Assembly (NCBI GenBank): GCA_964016885.1
Contig: OZ024745.1
Coordinates: 107,508,001-107,572,000, forward strand
Reading direction: 5' to 3'
DNA: 64,000 bases
DNA from: Eledone cirrhosa
Taxonomy: Eukaryota
The notes under the pieces were generated by a model, which was not told the DNA's origin, searched no databases, and saw only the letters and a list, made by a program, of their open reading frames with translations. The position numbers and the translations under genes were made by a program. How positions within the stretch are numbered: position 1 is the first letter of the stretch; every line of letters starts with the position of its first letter. Below, in pieces: positions 15,770 to 34,737 of this stretch.

Positions 15770-17625
15770 GGGGAGGGTGTATGTACACCCACGCACGCAC
15801 ATAAACACATATATGAATATATATGATTGTGTGTTTGTGAGAGCATGTGTATGTATGTATTTATATTAAACAGTGTGACATCCGTCCACATTACCATCTA
15901 TGTCAAATATATAGCTTGACAGGGGTGAGAGAGAATTTTCTGCTTGGTGAATAGATTTAAGTAACATTTGATGTACGATTTGATGAGTTAGATATAATAT
16001 GGATGACAAAACGTTGAAAGAGCTGTGACTCGGATGGTAAAGCACCTATTCGTTCAATAGGCGTAGCTCAACTGGTTATTGCATGTTTAACAGGAGCTCT
16101 GTTTTATGTATGATTGTAAAAGGCAAATAAATGCAATTTCCTCTTTTGCCTTTATATGACCAACTCTTCTTTAAATAGTTTTTTGTTCTTGTATTTAAGA
16201 ATCCGTTTTGGCAATAGTATAAATACTTAATTGTTTCGAAAAGCCATCACATATTGCAAGTCCCTTCTTCAATTCATGTAATTACTCTCTGGCTCTTAGA
16301 GTACCACAATATTGAGGTTGTTGGTGACCAATCTTTCCGTCAATCAATTGCCATTTTTCTTGTGACAAAATAACAAGGAAAAACAATAAACAAACCTATC
16401 ACCCACTTGGACCAGAATGACAGTGTTTCCATTGTTGGTACTCTCTGGCGATCCTCAGAATGCACAGATCCGGGCCAGTTATCGACTCATAAACAATTCT
16501 GACCATCCTCTCACCCTGGAGTGGTACTTGCTTTTTCGCACAGAAGAATGAAGGTCGAAGTTGAGCTCTGTGAGATTTGAAATGAGAGCACCGTGAGTCG
16601 GAAAAAATACCGAGGCATTTAATCTAATTCAACACCCAAACATCTATTCCTGTTTGGTGCTGTGTGAGAAAGAACCCGAAAATTGGTAATATATCTTTCT
16701 ATATTGATGAGTTATAGCAACCATTAGTCACTTAACAGATACATCGCCGCGTATATGGTAGCCAACCCTATTATTTTTCCCAACACCAATCTATCTTGCT
16801 GGTTGGCTACCTCTAAATGTTCTATAATTCGCCACCTGTGGACGAACTGGATAAGAGTTAGTAGACCCCACCCACTGGAAGAAAGGCATTGACGTCACGC
16901 AGTTCGTATCCTATAAGCAGTGAATCTGAGATGTTTTCCTATGTACGAGTAAAAATATGTTTGTGTTATACAATGTATGTGCATGTTAGCTGTGTACATC
17001 TGTTGTATACGTCGGTTTAGCTATGTAGCGGAAAGATTTGTTTTTCCAACAACCTAAAGTTTCTAGTTTCTAGTTAAATTTACAAAGAGAAATAACAATA
17101 TATCTCAATTAGTTAGGAATTTGTAGCATCAAAGTTCCTTATCTCTTCCAATACAAACACATCAAAGACGTATCGACCATAAATTTTTAACAAACCATAT
17201 GTATTTTGCTAAAGTCATCATCTATATTTTTGTTTTTATGATATTACTTTCCCAGGTGTGTGGACTTAAGCCTTTCTTATAGTTGATTGTTTGCTTTCTT
17301 TAATTCTTGTTACATATTTTGCTTCACTGGTGTTAGTATTTTTTTTTTTAAACTGTTTATCTACTTCTGGTTACTATTATTATTGTGGTTTCCTTTTTGC
17401 GCTATTGTTTCTCGAGTTTTAAAGATGTGTACGCCATAGTTGTTTTTGTTTACTTGTTAATTCACATCTTTAAAAAACTTCTTTTAGATATGTTTATCAT
17501 TTGTTTACAGGTAATGAATCGTGTACGTGACTAGACAGGCCAATCGTTTGTTTGTTGTGTATTTGATGAGATAAGTTGTATCTATTTTATTATTATTATT
17601 ATTATTTTTATTATTATTATTATTA

Positions 17626-18190
17626 AGGGCGGTGGATTGGCAGTATGGTAGAGGATCGGACGCCATGCTTTCTAGCATAGTTACGTCCCTTTACAGTCTG
17701 AGTTCAAATCCCGCCGAGGTTAACTTTGCCTTTCATCCCTACGGGGTCGATAAAATAAAGTACCAGTAATGTACTGGGTAATTGCTGACCTTGTACCAAA
17801 AGTAGAAACAATTATTATTAAGGGCGGTGGATTTATACTACCGGTAGAGCGTCGGACAACATGCTTCACAGTATAGAGCTACATCCCTTTACGTTCTGTG
17901 TTCAAATCCCACCGAGGTTAGCTTTGCCTTTCAATTCTCACGGGGTCAATAAATAAAGCACCAGTAACGTAATGGGGTCGATTTAATCGATTTTCCCTTC
18001 TCCCAAAATTGCTGACCATGTGCCTATGTAAGAAACCATTATTATTTTAATAAAAGACGCCCCTTGCCATTCTGAGTTCAAATCCCGCCGAGGTTAACTT
18101 TGCCTTTCATCCTTACGGGGTCGATAAAAATAAAGTACCAGTAATGCACTGGGTAATTGCTGGCCTTGTGCCTAAAGTAGAGACAATTAT
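17626..18190 (+). mobile_element. Tandem cluster of tRNA-derived SINEs (two full, one partial)
   Basis: aagggcggtggattggcagtat..gagttcaaatcccgccgaggttaactttgcctttcatcc..ggggtcgataaaataaagtaccagt..aaagtagaaacaatt(att)n; B-box gagttcaaatccc. Confidence 0.85.
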
Positions 18191-18378
18191 TTTAATAAAA
18201 GACATGCGAGAAAGTTTTGTTTAACTTTGATTTCAGGTGTGAAAAAGAATCTAGTTACCCTTTATATTAGGCTGACTTTATTGCATACATTCCCATATAT
18301 TAACTGAGCCGGGTCTTATGAAATTCCATGATGATGTTTATCATGTTGTAGAGGATGGTAAGCACGATGATGATGATG

Positions 18379-18412
<34 letters not shown>

Positions 18413-18442
18413 GCAATATTTTCCTCCTATTCAGGATATCAC

Positions 18443-18640
18443 AATAATTGTTTCTACTGTTGGTACAAGGCAAGCAATTATCCCAGTGTATTACTGATAC
18501 TTTATGTTATCGACCCCGTAAGGATGACAAGCAAAGTTAACCTCAACGGGATTTGAACCCAGACCGTAAATGGACGTAACTCTATGCTGCAAATAATGGT
18601 GACTGACCCTATACCGATACTGTCAATCCACCGCCCTTTG
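18443..18640 (-). mobile_element. Same tRNA-derived SINE, minus strand
   Basis: Reverse complement of the 17626 consensus. Confidence 0.8.
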
Positions 18641-19477
18641 CCAATCCATCGCCATTAGGATATCATAATAATGAAGATAATGTTGGCAACGATGATGAAA
18701 ATGATGAGATACATGATGATAATGGAGTCAGTGATGATAATATAGTTTGTGATTTTAATGATTCCCATAATAATTAGGATAATAAAATATGTCTCTCCGT
18801 CCAGTTCTCTGTTGGGAGCTGTCACTATATGTACGTGCTCATGTACCACAGTGTTTCTATCATTACATATACATGTAAAGTGAAAATTATAATTTTCACG
18901 TGCAAATGATACAAACTCACTGACACATTTCTTCTTTCGGTATATTTTTTTAATACGACAATCATTATTCTCTACAAAATGGTGGCCCCTCTAACTTAAG
19001 CAAAAATGTTATATGAGAGGCATGATTGAAACAGTTCTGTACAGCACCTTCGATTAGATTGAACTCGTTTTCGAATGAAATATATTGTTTTGATTTGTTT
19101 TCTTTTCTGCGTTTAATTTTTGTTATCGGCTATCGGATTCGCCATGGACTTTATTCTAGCAGCAAAATTTCTTTTGTGGCGAAAAAAAGGTACGAATTTG
19201 CAACGACATCTTTAATTGTGAGGTTTATTTACTAGGTTTATTATATTTAACAACAATACACATATTTGTCAGAAAGATATAGGAACTACATTACTGTCTA
19301 ATTAAGTCATTACCACTAATGCAAAGCTAGAACATCTACAGAGAAAACAAAGACAAATACATTCCTACGAAGTATCCTCTATGATATCACACGGTCTGTT
19401 ACAAATATCAGTTTAGTACACCTCAAATCACACTAACAACTTTTTTAAAAAAGTAGAAGGATATACTAGATAATGGA

Positions 19478-19759
<282 letters not shown>

Positions 19760-19764
19760 GTGCG

Positions 19765-19797
<33 letters not shown>

Positions 19798-21204
19798 ACG
19801 TGTGTGTGTGTAACTTATTTTTATAGCAAAGTCTATGGATTCATTCTTGCCAGCATAGAGAACCACTAATTCTTTGGATTTCTCTGTATTGGATGGGTGA
19901 GGCACAGTGGAGATAAGAATATGTAAGAAGTGGGTTAAAGAGAAAGATAGCAGTTACAGTGTTCTAAGCTATATAAACTGTATATATAGACTATAAAAAG
20001 CGTGTCTAAATTTGCTCTATCCCAATCATGACAAATATAAGGAATGGTTTCGAATGTTTCACTATTTCTTTTCAACTGATAAAGAAGTGTAGATTCCTAA
20101 AACCAGTGATAGTCTAATCTTGTAGAAGAATCATTCCACAAGAATGGTTCCTCGGACCAGCTGTAGACCAAACTTGAAAAAAGTTTCATTCTACAACACT
20201 TCTAGTGTCATGCAATTTAACAGCCCACAAAATTAATTGTAGAGTAACAACAGCCTATTCCCCACTGTTTATATCTCTCTTTTTCTTGTTCATTGAATAA
20301 GAAAATTAAGTCCTGCAATTCATACAGAAGAGATGAAGATAAACATATTAGTTATTATCGGGGGGAAATGCCACATCGGATTATGTTTCAACAGCAGATT
20401 AGCAATTTCTTTCTCTGAATTACGTGGTGCCAGATGTTTCTAAGAGAAAATTTCTTGTGGCACAGAAATCACTGTGAAAGCGCTCGACTCACTTGAAACA
20501 AAATTAAAATATCTTTTGAATTGTATACTATTGCTTTAAAGAAATAATTTCACCTTGAGAGAAAGAACTGTCCAGAACATTGAAACCGGTGGCGAGAATG
20601 TTTTTGATCATATTAATGCACGATCAATTATAATCTTGGCTAAACCACGACAGCGAAGAAACTATAAGAACCGAAATGGATTGAAACACTACAATGAACG
20701 ACTGCTAAAGGTAGTGTTTATATCATTCGGCGCCAATATATATTTATATAAAAGTAAGCATGAATGAAGTGTACCGCAAAAATAATACTGATTTCGTATG
20801 TCATCTCCGAAGCAAATACATTGTCTATCATCGGTTTGTGTTTGTCGTAATTACTTTTATTGATTAACTAATTATGTAATCCGAAACTGATGATATCGCC
20901 AGGATCTTACGTAACCAGGAAATTGAAATATATATAGGGTTTTTTGCAATAATTGTTTCTACTTTAGGCACAAGGCCTGCAAATACCCAGTGCATTACTG
21001 TTACTTTATAACACTTTAAAAGTTTATCCCCAGTTCGTCTTCCTTTTCTTGTAATCAAATAAATATTTAAATCTATTCCTACAACAACCGCGGGTTTCAA
21101 CATCAATGATGGATGAGTTGCATAATGTAGAGTACTTTCCCCACGACTACATCATGGTTAACTAAATGACCAGTATTATCCATTGATGAAGCACAAAATA
21201 TAAA

Positions 21205-21254
<50 letters not shown>

Positions 21255-21317
21255 TATATATATAAACAAAAATATTAATGGAAAATTAAACATCTTTCAT
21301 CCCAAAACCATATTTAT

Positions 21318-21424
21318 TCTCTTACATATGTTTCGAAATATATGTGTATTCCATTCTTCAAGATGTTCTGAAACATTTCGCATATGTATAGGCTATTGAA
21401 TCATGGTCTTTCCCTTCAGAGAGA
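21318..21424 (-). ncRNA. Type I HHR-like motif with expanded stem II
   Basis: Minus strand: tctct-CUGAAGG-gaaa...(~70 nt)...tttc-GAAAC-AUAU-GUA-agaga; perfect 5-bp stem I; the last core A is G. Confidence 0.55.
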
Positions 21425-21603
21425 TGATAAAAGCTTTCATAATAAATAGGGAAATCAATGAAACATTGATTTTACAGTTAGCAGGAATGTTGGACCTAAG
21501 AAATGCATCTCAAGTACAGAGTAATTTTAAATACTGGCAATTACATACTCTCATTCTAATCCTCTACTTTCCTTTGAGAATTGTTTGTATGGATCTACCT
21601 TTG

Positions 21604-21744
<141 letters not shown>

Positions 21745-22029
21745 TCAAAAAGCCAGTACAGTGCGAAAGCAGATGACAAATAAAAAGAAAAAAACTAAGT
21801 AACATTTTACCCACTGTATTTTAGCATGTTAACATGTTTTGTCTTGAACTGTTTCAGCTTCACATCTGAAAAGAGGGTAATAGCACTGAAATGCCATGCT
21901 AAAATAAACTGGGTAAACATTGCTTTGTTTTGTTTAATATGTTATCATTTGCCCTAACGCATCGTACCGGCTTCTTGTAAATTGTCGGTCTTTTATTATA
22001 TATCGCATAATGATTCGTGTTAACTACAC

Positions 22030-22424
<395 letters not shown>

Positions 22425-22459
22425 AATATATATATATAAAAATATATATATTGAACGTG

Positions 22460-22747
22460 CTCCATAAAAATGCATACAAACCTCAAAATGTAACGTAAAA
22501 TATAATTAAGAAAAGAGGGACCATCTTATGCGAAGGGGCATCCAATACGCCGGCAAATGCGGTATATTATTATTAATATTTTAGCGTTAAAGAATATATA
22601 TATTGCCAAGAAAAAAGGACATTAAAAAATCGCGGAAGATACTTATGATTCCGCGAATATGCGGTGGTTTCCATGAACAATTATTAGTTAGACTCTAAAA
22701 AAAATATTCCGCGAATAATCGCGACCGCGAATGATGGGGCTACACTG
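22460..22747. mobile_element. Tc1/pogo (Tigger-like) MITE right-end fragment
   Basis: Ends ..cgcgaatgatggggcttacactg|TA, with subterminal ccgcgaata repeats; left TIR not found. Confidence 0.45.
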
Positions 22748-22942
22748 TATAAACATATATGTTTTAATTTGAATTATATTTGTATATTTTAACAACCAAA
22801 TTTCACCCACATTGATATATTTGACGAGAGTTAGAAAGACCAATACCTGATTTCAGTAGAGTCTGTTCGATCAAGATGCCACATTGCTGCAAACCGAACA
22901 ATCACAAATCTATGACTGCTATAGTTTATTCATATATATATA

Positions 22943-23120
22943 TAACAAAGAAAGTATGGTCAGGAACCAGGTGGACCATAAGGCACCAGAGTACTCGATA
23001 CTTAGGGTGGTAGAGTGGGTAATAGAAAAAGAGTCAGGACTCCGACGGCTGAGCTCCGGCGTTCGGATTTAGCTATCGAAACGGTCGGAGCTTAGCTGTC
23101 GGATTCCTGACTCTTTTCCT
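22943..23120 (-). mobile_element. Family B variant with inverted piece
   Basis: Reverse complement of the family B tail, followed by a forward gaaacggtcggagcttagctgtcgga segment. Confidence 0.7.
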
Positions 23121-23139
23121 GTATATATATATATATAAA

Positions 23140-23323
23140 TTTGGAGTATATGTTGGTTGTGTACTGACACTTCAGTATGCAGATTGGAGCACTCGACGAA
23201 GTACGCAGGTTGGTTTGTTTACTCCGGAGTAATGTAAAATAAGTAAGTCAAACGTATAAAATTTGGCTCGTTTATTATAAATTTATAATAAACGAAGCCA
23301 AATTTTACATTATTTGACTTACT

Positions 23324-23330
<7 letters not shown>
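23140..23330. mobile_element. Family K tail with fold-back
   Basis: Matches 53787-53900; inverted arms meet around tttattataaatttataataaa. Confidence 0.7.
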
Positions 23331-23361
<31 letters not shown>

Positions 23362-23365
<4 letters not shown>

Positions 23366-23574
23366 AAAATGTGAGAAAAACCACAGACCCTCCATCTCAA
23401 CTCACCTTTTGAAAAGCAGAAGAACTGCGAAACCGGTAAAGGAACCAAATAAATATATATATTTAAAAAAAAAAATAAGACTTCAGTTGCATTTTCGATT
23501 TCATCTCTTTTTCTTTATACTTCCACTCGTGTAGGACACCTCGGTTATTTTTCATTTTGTAAAAAAAACCTCAC

Positions 23575-23580
<6 letters not shown>
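23362..23580 (+). mobile_element. Family F element with variant-core HHR-like motif (23405-23442)
   Basis: cctt-UUGAAAA-gcag aagaa ctgc-GAAAC-CG-GUA-aagg. Near-identical copy at 25612-25822; partial copies at 26395-26532 and 26650-26700 (-). Confidence 0.7.
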
Positions 23581-23662
<82 letters not shown>

Positions 23663-23778
23663 TTTCAGTGAGATCGTATTTCGGTGGTGGTCAAAGCCAA
23701 GCGGAACGCAAATTTTGAGATATGCGGCAAGCGCTCAATGGAGTAAATATATATATGTATGTATATATAACCTCCCCC

Positions 23779-23828
<50 letters not shown>

Positions 23829-24064
23829 ATGTATATATAACCTCCTCCATATATATGTGTATATATATATATGGGGAGTTTGTATCTGTGTTTGTATGTA
23901 AGTATGAATGTATGTATCTATTGAAGAGTCTATTTCTAAGGCATTGAATAATTTCTTTCTATACCATTCTACAAGCTTGTGTTGTTTTCCAAAACTGTTC
24001 GTTTCCTGACTCGTATGTTTCTTACGCATATGTACTCAGGAGTAATATAATTGGTTCTACATTT

Positions 24065-24656
24065 GGTACCATTACTGGTACTTTATTTTATCGAACCCGT
24101 AAGGATGAAAGGCAAAGTTAACCTCGGCGGGATTTCAACTGAGATCGTAAAGGGACGTAACTCTTTGCGTCAAAGCAAGGCGTCCGACCCTCTACTGCTA
24201 CTGCCAATCCACCGCCCTACTGATACTCCCAAACTACTCAGGAGTAATATAATGGGGGTTAAATACTCTGTCAAAAACTAAATACTGCACTCAACTAAGT
24301 TGGGATCTGAAGGAGTGGATTTTTGACCCAAATTTGACATATGTAACTAATTGGATACGCTTAGCTGGAAAAGAAGCGATATGGAAGTTAACATTTTGTT
24401 TTGATGGCGAGTGAATCGTGAAACAGAACGATCGCATGAAAGAAGGATATCGCACAACGAACTGGATATACCGATATGTACCTATATACAGATGTATGTG
24501 TAAATGTATATATGTATATGTGTATATGTATATATATATATGTGTTTATATATATATGTGTGTGTCTGTGTGTGTATATATATATATATGTGTGTGTGTG
24601 TTTGTGTGCGTGTATATATATAAAATAAATATATATACACACGTATATATATATAT

Positions 24657-24690
<34 letters not shown>

Positions 24691-24890
24691 AATATATATA
24701 TATATAATTGTTTCTACTATTGGCACAAGGCCATCAATTACCCAGTGCATTACTGGTACTTTATTTTATCGACTGGATGAAAGGCAAAGTTAACCTCGGC
24801 GGGATTTGAACTCAGTATGGCAAGGGCCGTAACTCTATGCGTCAAAGCATGGCGTCGGACCCTCTACCGATACTGCCAATCTACCGCCTA
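24065..24890 (-). mobile_element. Two minus-strand SINE copies (~24065-24220 and ~24705-24890)
   Basis: Reverse complement of the 17626 SINE consensus. Confidence 0.8.
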
Positions 24891-24976
24891 ATACATGTAC
24901 GCACACGATAAATTGTACATATATAAATATATATATATATATACATATATGTATATATATACATATACATATATAC

Positions 24977-25008
<32 letters not shown>

Positions 25009-25064
25009 ACATATATGTATATATATATACATATACATATATACATATATATATACATATACAC

Positions 25065-25103
<39 letters not shown>

Positions 25104-25611
25104 CGATTTATCGTGTGCGTATATGTGTCAAAAGTCAAAGTAAAAATGTAGACAGGAAAAATAAGAAGAAAAAAATAGATCTCGAGATAAAACTATTAGA
25201 TAGCGTTTGTTTATTTATGACGGGACGTGTCAGTGAGTTTGATAAGGATAATATTCAGTGTCTTTTAAGTGATAAACCTTAATGCTATGAATGTGGAAAA
25301 CAAATTCTATACGTCCACAAAATCTTCCTTAGCAGAGTAATCATAACGAAGAAAGAGAGAAGGGATTGAATTTTAGAAATGTGAAGATCGATAAAAAGAA
25401 TGGTGTTTATGTTTATACAAATGAACGCGTATTTATATTTACACGCTTACAAAAACACCAACCCACGTCATCATCACTGTCATTAGCACTGCTTGTATGT
25501 ATATATATGAATATCAGCATGTATATATATATATGTAACTAATTCATCTCTCTCTCTCTATATATATATATAACTAATTCCTTTCTCTCTCTCTATATAT
25601 ATATATATACA

Positions 25612-25817
25612 GATGTGAGAACAACCACAGACCCTCCATCTCAACTCACCTTTTGAAAAGCAGAAGAACTGCGAAACCGGTAAAGGAACCGAATAAATAT
25701 ATATATTTTTTTTTTAAATATGACTCCAGTTGCATTTTCGATTTCATCTCTTTTTCTTTATACCTTCACTCGTGTAGGACACCTCGGTTATTTTTCATTT
25801 TGCAAAAAAAACCTCAC

Positions 25818-25822
<5 letters not shown>
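25612..25822 (+). mobile_element. Family F element, second copy
   Basis: Near-identical to 23362-23580; same UUGAAAA core at 25649-25686. Confidence 0.75.
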
Positions 25823-25897
<75 letters not shown>

Positions 25898-25912
25898 CTA
25901 ATTCATCGCCAT

Positions 25913-25944
<32 letters not shown>

Positions 25945-25949
25945 ACGGC

Positions 25950-26394
25950 GAGGAATTAGTTTTGCGAGGTTTTATATATGAAATCGTGTGTCGAAACAAA
26001 TATTGTTATACTTGGGGAGGGTCATATTTGTGTAATATTGCCTGAATTATTAACAGAACACACTCAGGCTTTGGTTGGTTTCGCTTTTCGCTTCTGTGTC
26101 TTTTATATCGGTAATTTAATTTATTCGGTCCTCAATGTTGCCATTGACCGACCAACGGTCAAAAATACAGATACAATATAGACACAAACACATATATATA
26201 TAGTTTATCAAAGTTCTTTCGTTACACATCTGCAACATCGTTAGTGGTGCTATTGTTTCCTCCCGTTGCATTGTATTTTCTACGCCATCGCATGAAAGGA
26301 GGATATCGCACAACCAACTGGATATACCGATATGTACCTATATGCAGATGTATGCATCGAAAGATGGCGTAGAAAATACAATGCAACGGGAGGA
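25950..26394 (-). mobile_element. Family C (Neptune-like pLTR) copy with short inverted end
   Basis: 25978-26290 is the reverse complement of 15100-15400; 26363-26394 is an inverted repeat of 26258-26289. Confidence 0.7.
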
Positions 26395-26525
26395 AAAAGC
26401 AGAAGAACTTCGAAACCAGTAACGGAACCAAATAAATATATATATATTTTTTTAAATAAGACTCCAGTTTCATTTTCGATTTCATCTTTTTTTCTTTATA
26501 CTTTCACTCGTGTAGGACACCTCGG

Positions 26526-26648
<123 letters not shown>

Positions 26649-27538
26649 ATAGAAAGTGAAGTTGTTTTTACAAAATGAAAAATAACCGAGGTGTCCTACA
26701 CACATATATGTGCGTTTGTGCGTGTGTGTCTATACTTATATTTGCAAATGTATGTTGATCGTGAAGGGGCGCGTCCTATTACGCTTTAGTTTATAGTATG
26801 TTTTCTTTTTCCGTCTTTATTTGTGTAATCCGCCGAAAGGCAATTCCCGTCCTACCTCAACTTATTGTATCAACCTTCATCACAGAAACTATATATAGTG
26901 ATTTCCAGAGGTTAACTTATGAGTAACTGTTGGTTTTTCCATTTTGTTTTGGCTTGCCTTTGTCATGTCAGCCCCCTGATTTGTATTCATATTTGGAAGT
27001 CTTAGCATTGCGGGCTTTTTTTAAACCTTTCAAATAATAGACTTTACACCACCCAGTCTGCCTTCCTCTATTCCCCTTCCTACGTTATTTTTTATCCCTC
27101 TATGTCATTCTTCATTGTCTGTTCGTTGGACTCTTGTCCATATATATTTTCTATTTTTCTACTATTTCACTCCTTTATATTTTCTTTCCTTTGGCTAAGC
27201 TGCCATACATCCTTTGTATTACTATTTCTTTCTTTTCCCTTTTAATTGATGGACCTTGATGTGTAGCATTTTGTTCGTTTTTACTTTTTGCAATTTGCCA
27301 ATCTCGTCATCTCTAAAACTATTTAGTTGCTTCCCAGTGTGCACTGAATTGAATCACCGTTCATCCACAGAAACTAGAATTGATTCCAGAAGTAGACCGA
27401 TGAGAAAGCACTGTGTTGCCGTTGATTTCTCCGTGTTGTTTTTGACCTTTGTAACCATCTGTTTTGGATATTTGGATGACACATATATATATATATATGT
27501 GTGTGTATGTGTATTTTTGTATATATATATATATATAG

Positions 27539-27936
<398 letters not shown>

Positions 27937-28042
27937 ATCATACTCTGCTCTGTAAGAGCATACAGTGCTCAACCGGCATACCGCCTATGGAAGCATCTTA
28001 GCTACCATCACACACACACACACACACATACACACACACACA

Positions 28043-28109
<67 letters not shown>

Positions 28110-28113
<4 letters not shown>

Positions 28114-28572
28114 GCAAAAGTTCTATTTAAAATTGTTGGGATACAACAAGTAAATATTTGTATAACTGATATAAAGCACTCGACAAGTATTTGGAGTAGA
28201 TATACGATATTAATAAATGGAAACTATATTTATAAAACCATATTTATTTCATTATACATATTTCAGGGATACCAAATTAAATTATGGTATGCCTTCATCA
28301 GACAAAATACAATATATAACAGTTTTACAAATAAGGTTTGATGTACCCTTTTAAAATGCAACCATTATTTTTGGAAGCCATCCGCAAGCTATCCGGATGG
28401 CTTCCAAAAGTAATGGTTGCATTTTAAAAGGGTACGTCAAACCTTATTTGTAAAACTGTTATATATTGTATTTTGTCTGATGAAGGCATACCATAATTTA
28501 ATTTGGTATCCCTGAAATATGTATAATGAAATAAATATGGTTTTATAAATATAGTTTCCATTTATTGATATC

Positions 28573-28578
<6 letters not shown>
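28110..28578. mobile_element. Family H element forming a ~185-bp-arm near-perfect palindrome (28200-28578) with an HHR on each strand
   Basis: Arms 28200-28384 and 28394-28578. Plus-strand HHR 28469-28533 (tattttgt-CUGAUGA-agg..cct-GAAAU-AUGU-AUA-atgaaata); mirror at 28245-28309. 28110-28240 is the reverse complement of 33890-34020. Confidence 0.85.
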
Positions 28579-28643
<65 letters not shown>

Positions 28644-28862
28644 GTCCAGACTTGTTGAGAAAACAACTATACGAAGTGGAGTTTAAGCTCAATGCGAGTT
28701 GATAACTATAGGTGCGAAGGGTTTAGACCAGAGGTTCTCAAACATTTTGGGTCACCGCCCTCCTCACGGCCACGTAATACCCTCAGTGCCTCCCAACCCT
28801 ATTTACAGAGAGACCTGCCAACACGCAAATTTCAATAAATAAAATCGTTAATTTATATATAA

Positions 28863-29132
28863 TCTATATATATAAAACTGAGGATGTCTGTCTGTGTGTG
28901 TGTGAGTTTGAATCCCTAAAACTCCAGAAGCACCCAACCGACTGTTTTCAAACTTTACACATGTAATACTTATGTTTCAGGGAGTATTTTAATCAAAAAA
29001 AGATTTCAAATTTTCATTGCCCTATGGACCGCATTAGGCGATTTTTCTTTTTAGATAGATACATACATATAACGTCGCGCCCTTATAATATCTGTCTGTA
29101 TGTCTGACTGTCTTCCCCGAGTATGTATTCTC

Positions 29133-29208
<76 letters not shown>

Positions 29209-29630
29209 TGTGTGTCTGTGAGTCCCTAAAACTCGAGAAGTACCCAACCGATTTTTTTTCAAACCTGACATGTGTATTACTTATGTTTCAGGGAGTGTTA
29301 TGCACATAAAAATCCAACTTTTTGATACCCTAGGGCCCGAATAAGGTGAAAAACTGCGTTTTTTAAGCTTTTTAGGGCTTTTTTGAGGTGTTACGTCTAG
29401 CCGATTTTCCGAAATTTCAAGGCATATTATGCACATAAAAAAATTCATTTTCTTGATCCCCGCATTAGGTGAAAACCTGCATTTTTCCTGCTTCATCGAG
29501 GAAAATCTTAAAGATTATCCAGCCATCAGAGTATTCGGTTTAATTTCTTTACATATTGTCCAGGCATGCAGTTTTTCCACGATTAGGTCTGTTGGCAGCC
29601 CGCGTTCTAAAATACTGGTACCACTGCTAG
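28863..29630 (+). mobile_element. Non-autonomous Helitron
   Basis: A|TCTATATATATAAAA 5' end; 3' end ...ggtaccactgCTAG|T; no TSD; internal duplication of the ccctaaaact..aagtacccaaccga block. Confidence 0.7.
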
Positions 29631-29744
29631 TAAATAATATAATATATACTATGTATAAATAAATATTATAATTTTTTTATTTAACTATATTCACATATAA
29701 TATGTATCATTTGATATTTAATATACTATCCAATATATATATAC

Positions 29745-33416
<3,672 letters not shown>

Positions 33417-33779
33417 TATATATATGTATATGTAGTTATGTAATAAACAACATAAGATAATTGTTTCATTTACCAAAGGTTTCACGAAGACAGACGAGCC
33501 TAGCACAAAATTGCAACTCGTGCGACGGGTCATTCGCAGATTTGCATTTGATGTGTAAACACAGATAGTTAAATCTTCTCCCTTGCTGAGGATCCAGGAT
33601 TTGACTACTGTGAGTTTACGGATTAATGGTGAAATATATTTCTTTAATGAAATACATACAAGGAAGATTAATCATTCTAAAAGGTATCTATATTTGAAGT
33701 TCTAGTTAAACTTTCATTAGTTACCTACCTAGCTGTGTGTGCTTACACACTTTACAAATTATCGGTTGTGATAACGGTT

Positions 33780-34020
33780 GAAGCTATCCAGGGAGCTTCA
33801 GCCGTTAAGGTTGTCTTTTTTCCGGGTATGTCAATATTTATTTATAAAACAAATCTTGGTTGCCCTTGAAATATATATAATAAAATAATGATGGTTTTAT
33901 AAATATAGTTTCCATTTATTAATATATTGAATATTTACTCCAGTGTGTTGAGTGCTTTATATCAGTTATAAAAATGTTTAAGCTTGTTGAATCACAACAA
34001 ATTAAATATAACCTCTGCAT
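33780..34020 (+). mobile_element. Family H copy with internally deleted HHR
   Basis: Homologous to 28400-28578 and to the reverse complement of 28110-28240. Confidence 0.6.
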
Positions 34021-34037
34021 ATATATATATATATATA

Positions 34038-34103
<66 letters not shown>

Positions 34104-34522
34104 TATGTGCTGACGTAACTAAATTAGTGCTGCGTTTACAATATTGTTGCAACATTGAGAATTTACAGAGAGTCGTTTTCCTAAGCGGTATTGTATTGAA
34201 TGTAACATACCATAACCTAGAATATTTGAGAGAGAAAAAACATTTCACTGAATAATTATAACATTTTAAATTCATAGTCATTAACAATTGTATCAGCCAG
34301 AAAATTTCAATGGAAATTTTCAGAAAAAGATATTTTTAGAAAAATATGTCAACTGTAATTTCCCTTTTATAGAATTAAAGACTATTCGAATAGATGCTAT
34401 TGCTAATTTAGATGCTATTGCTAATTTACGCTCGCCTACACTGCCAGCACAAATAGTAATGTGCTTAAAACGTTTCACGATATCGAAGATCGTACTAGCA
34501 CGTGAAATATTAGGCTTCGAGG

Positions 34523-34558
<36 letters not shown>

Positions 34559-34693
34559 CTGGAGTGTGTTGGAGTTAAACACCCTCTTCGTATTATAGAA
34601 ATGACAGTAAAAGGTATAGCTCAATGTAGTTAAACAGAGCCGAAAAATTAAGAGAGTAAAACAAAGAAGCCTTCAATACATCAAAAGTCTTTA

Positions 34694-34737
34694 TTAGCCG
34701 ACAATGTTTCGTCCTATTAAGGACTCATCATGGCAAT
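34694..34737 (-). ncRNA. Minimal type I HHR (one core substitution)
   Basis: Minus strand: gcc-AUGAUGA-gucc uuaaua ggac-GAAAC-AUU-GUC-ggc. Confidence 0.6.

Noticed and set aside
17626-17720. tRNA genes
   Set aside because: The A/B boxes belong to SINE heads; there is no complete cloverleaf.
28729-28860. hAT MITE (left TIR cagaggttctcaaac)
   Set aside because: No matching right TIR or TSD found; interrupted by the Helitron, so left uncalled.
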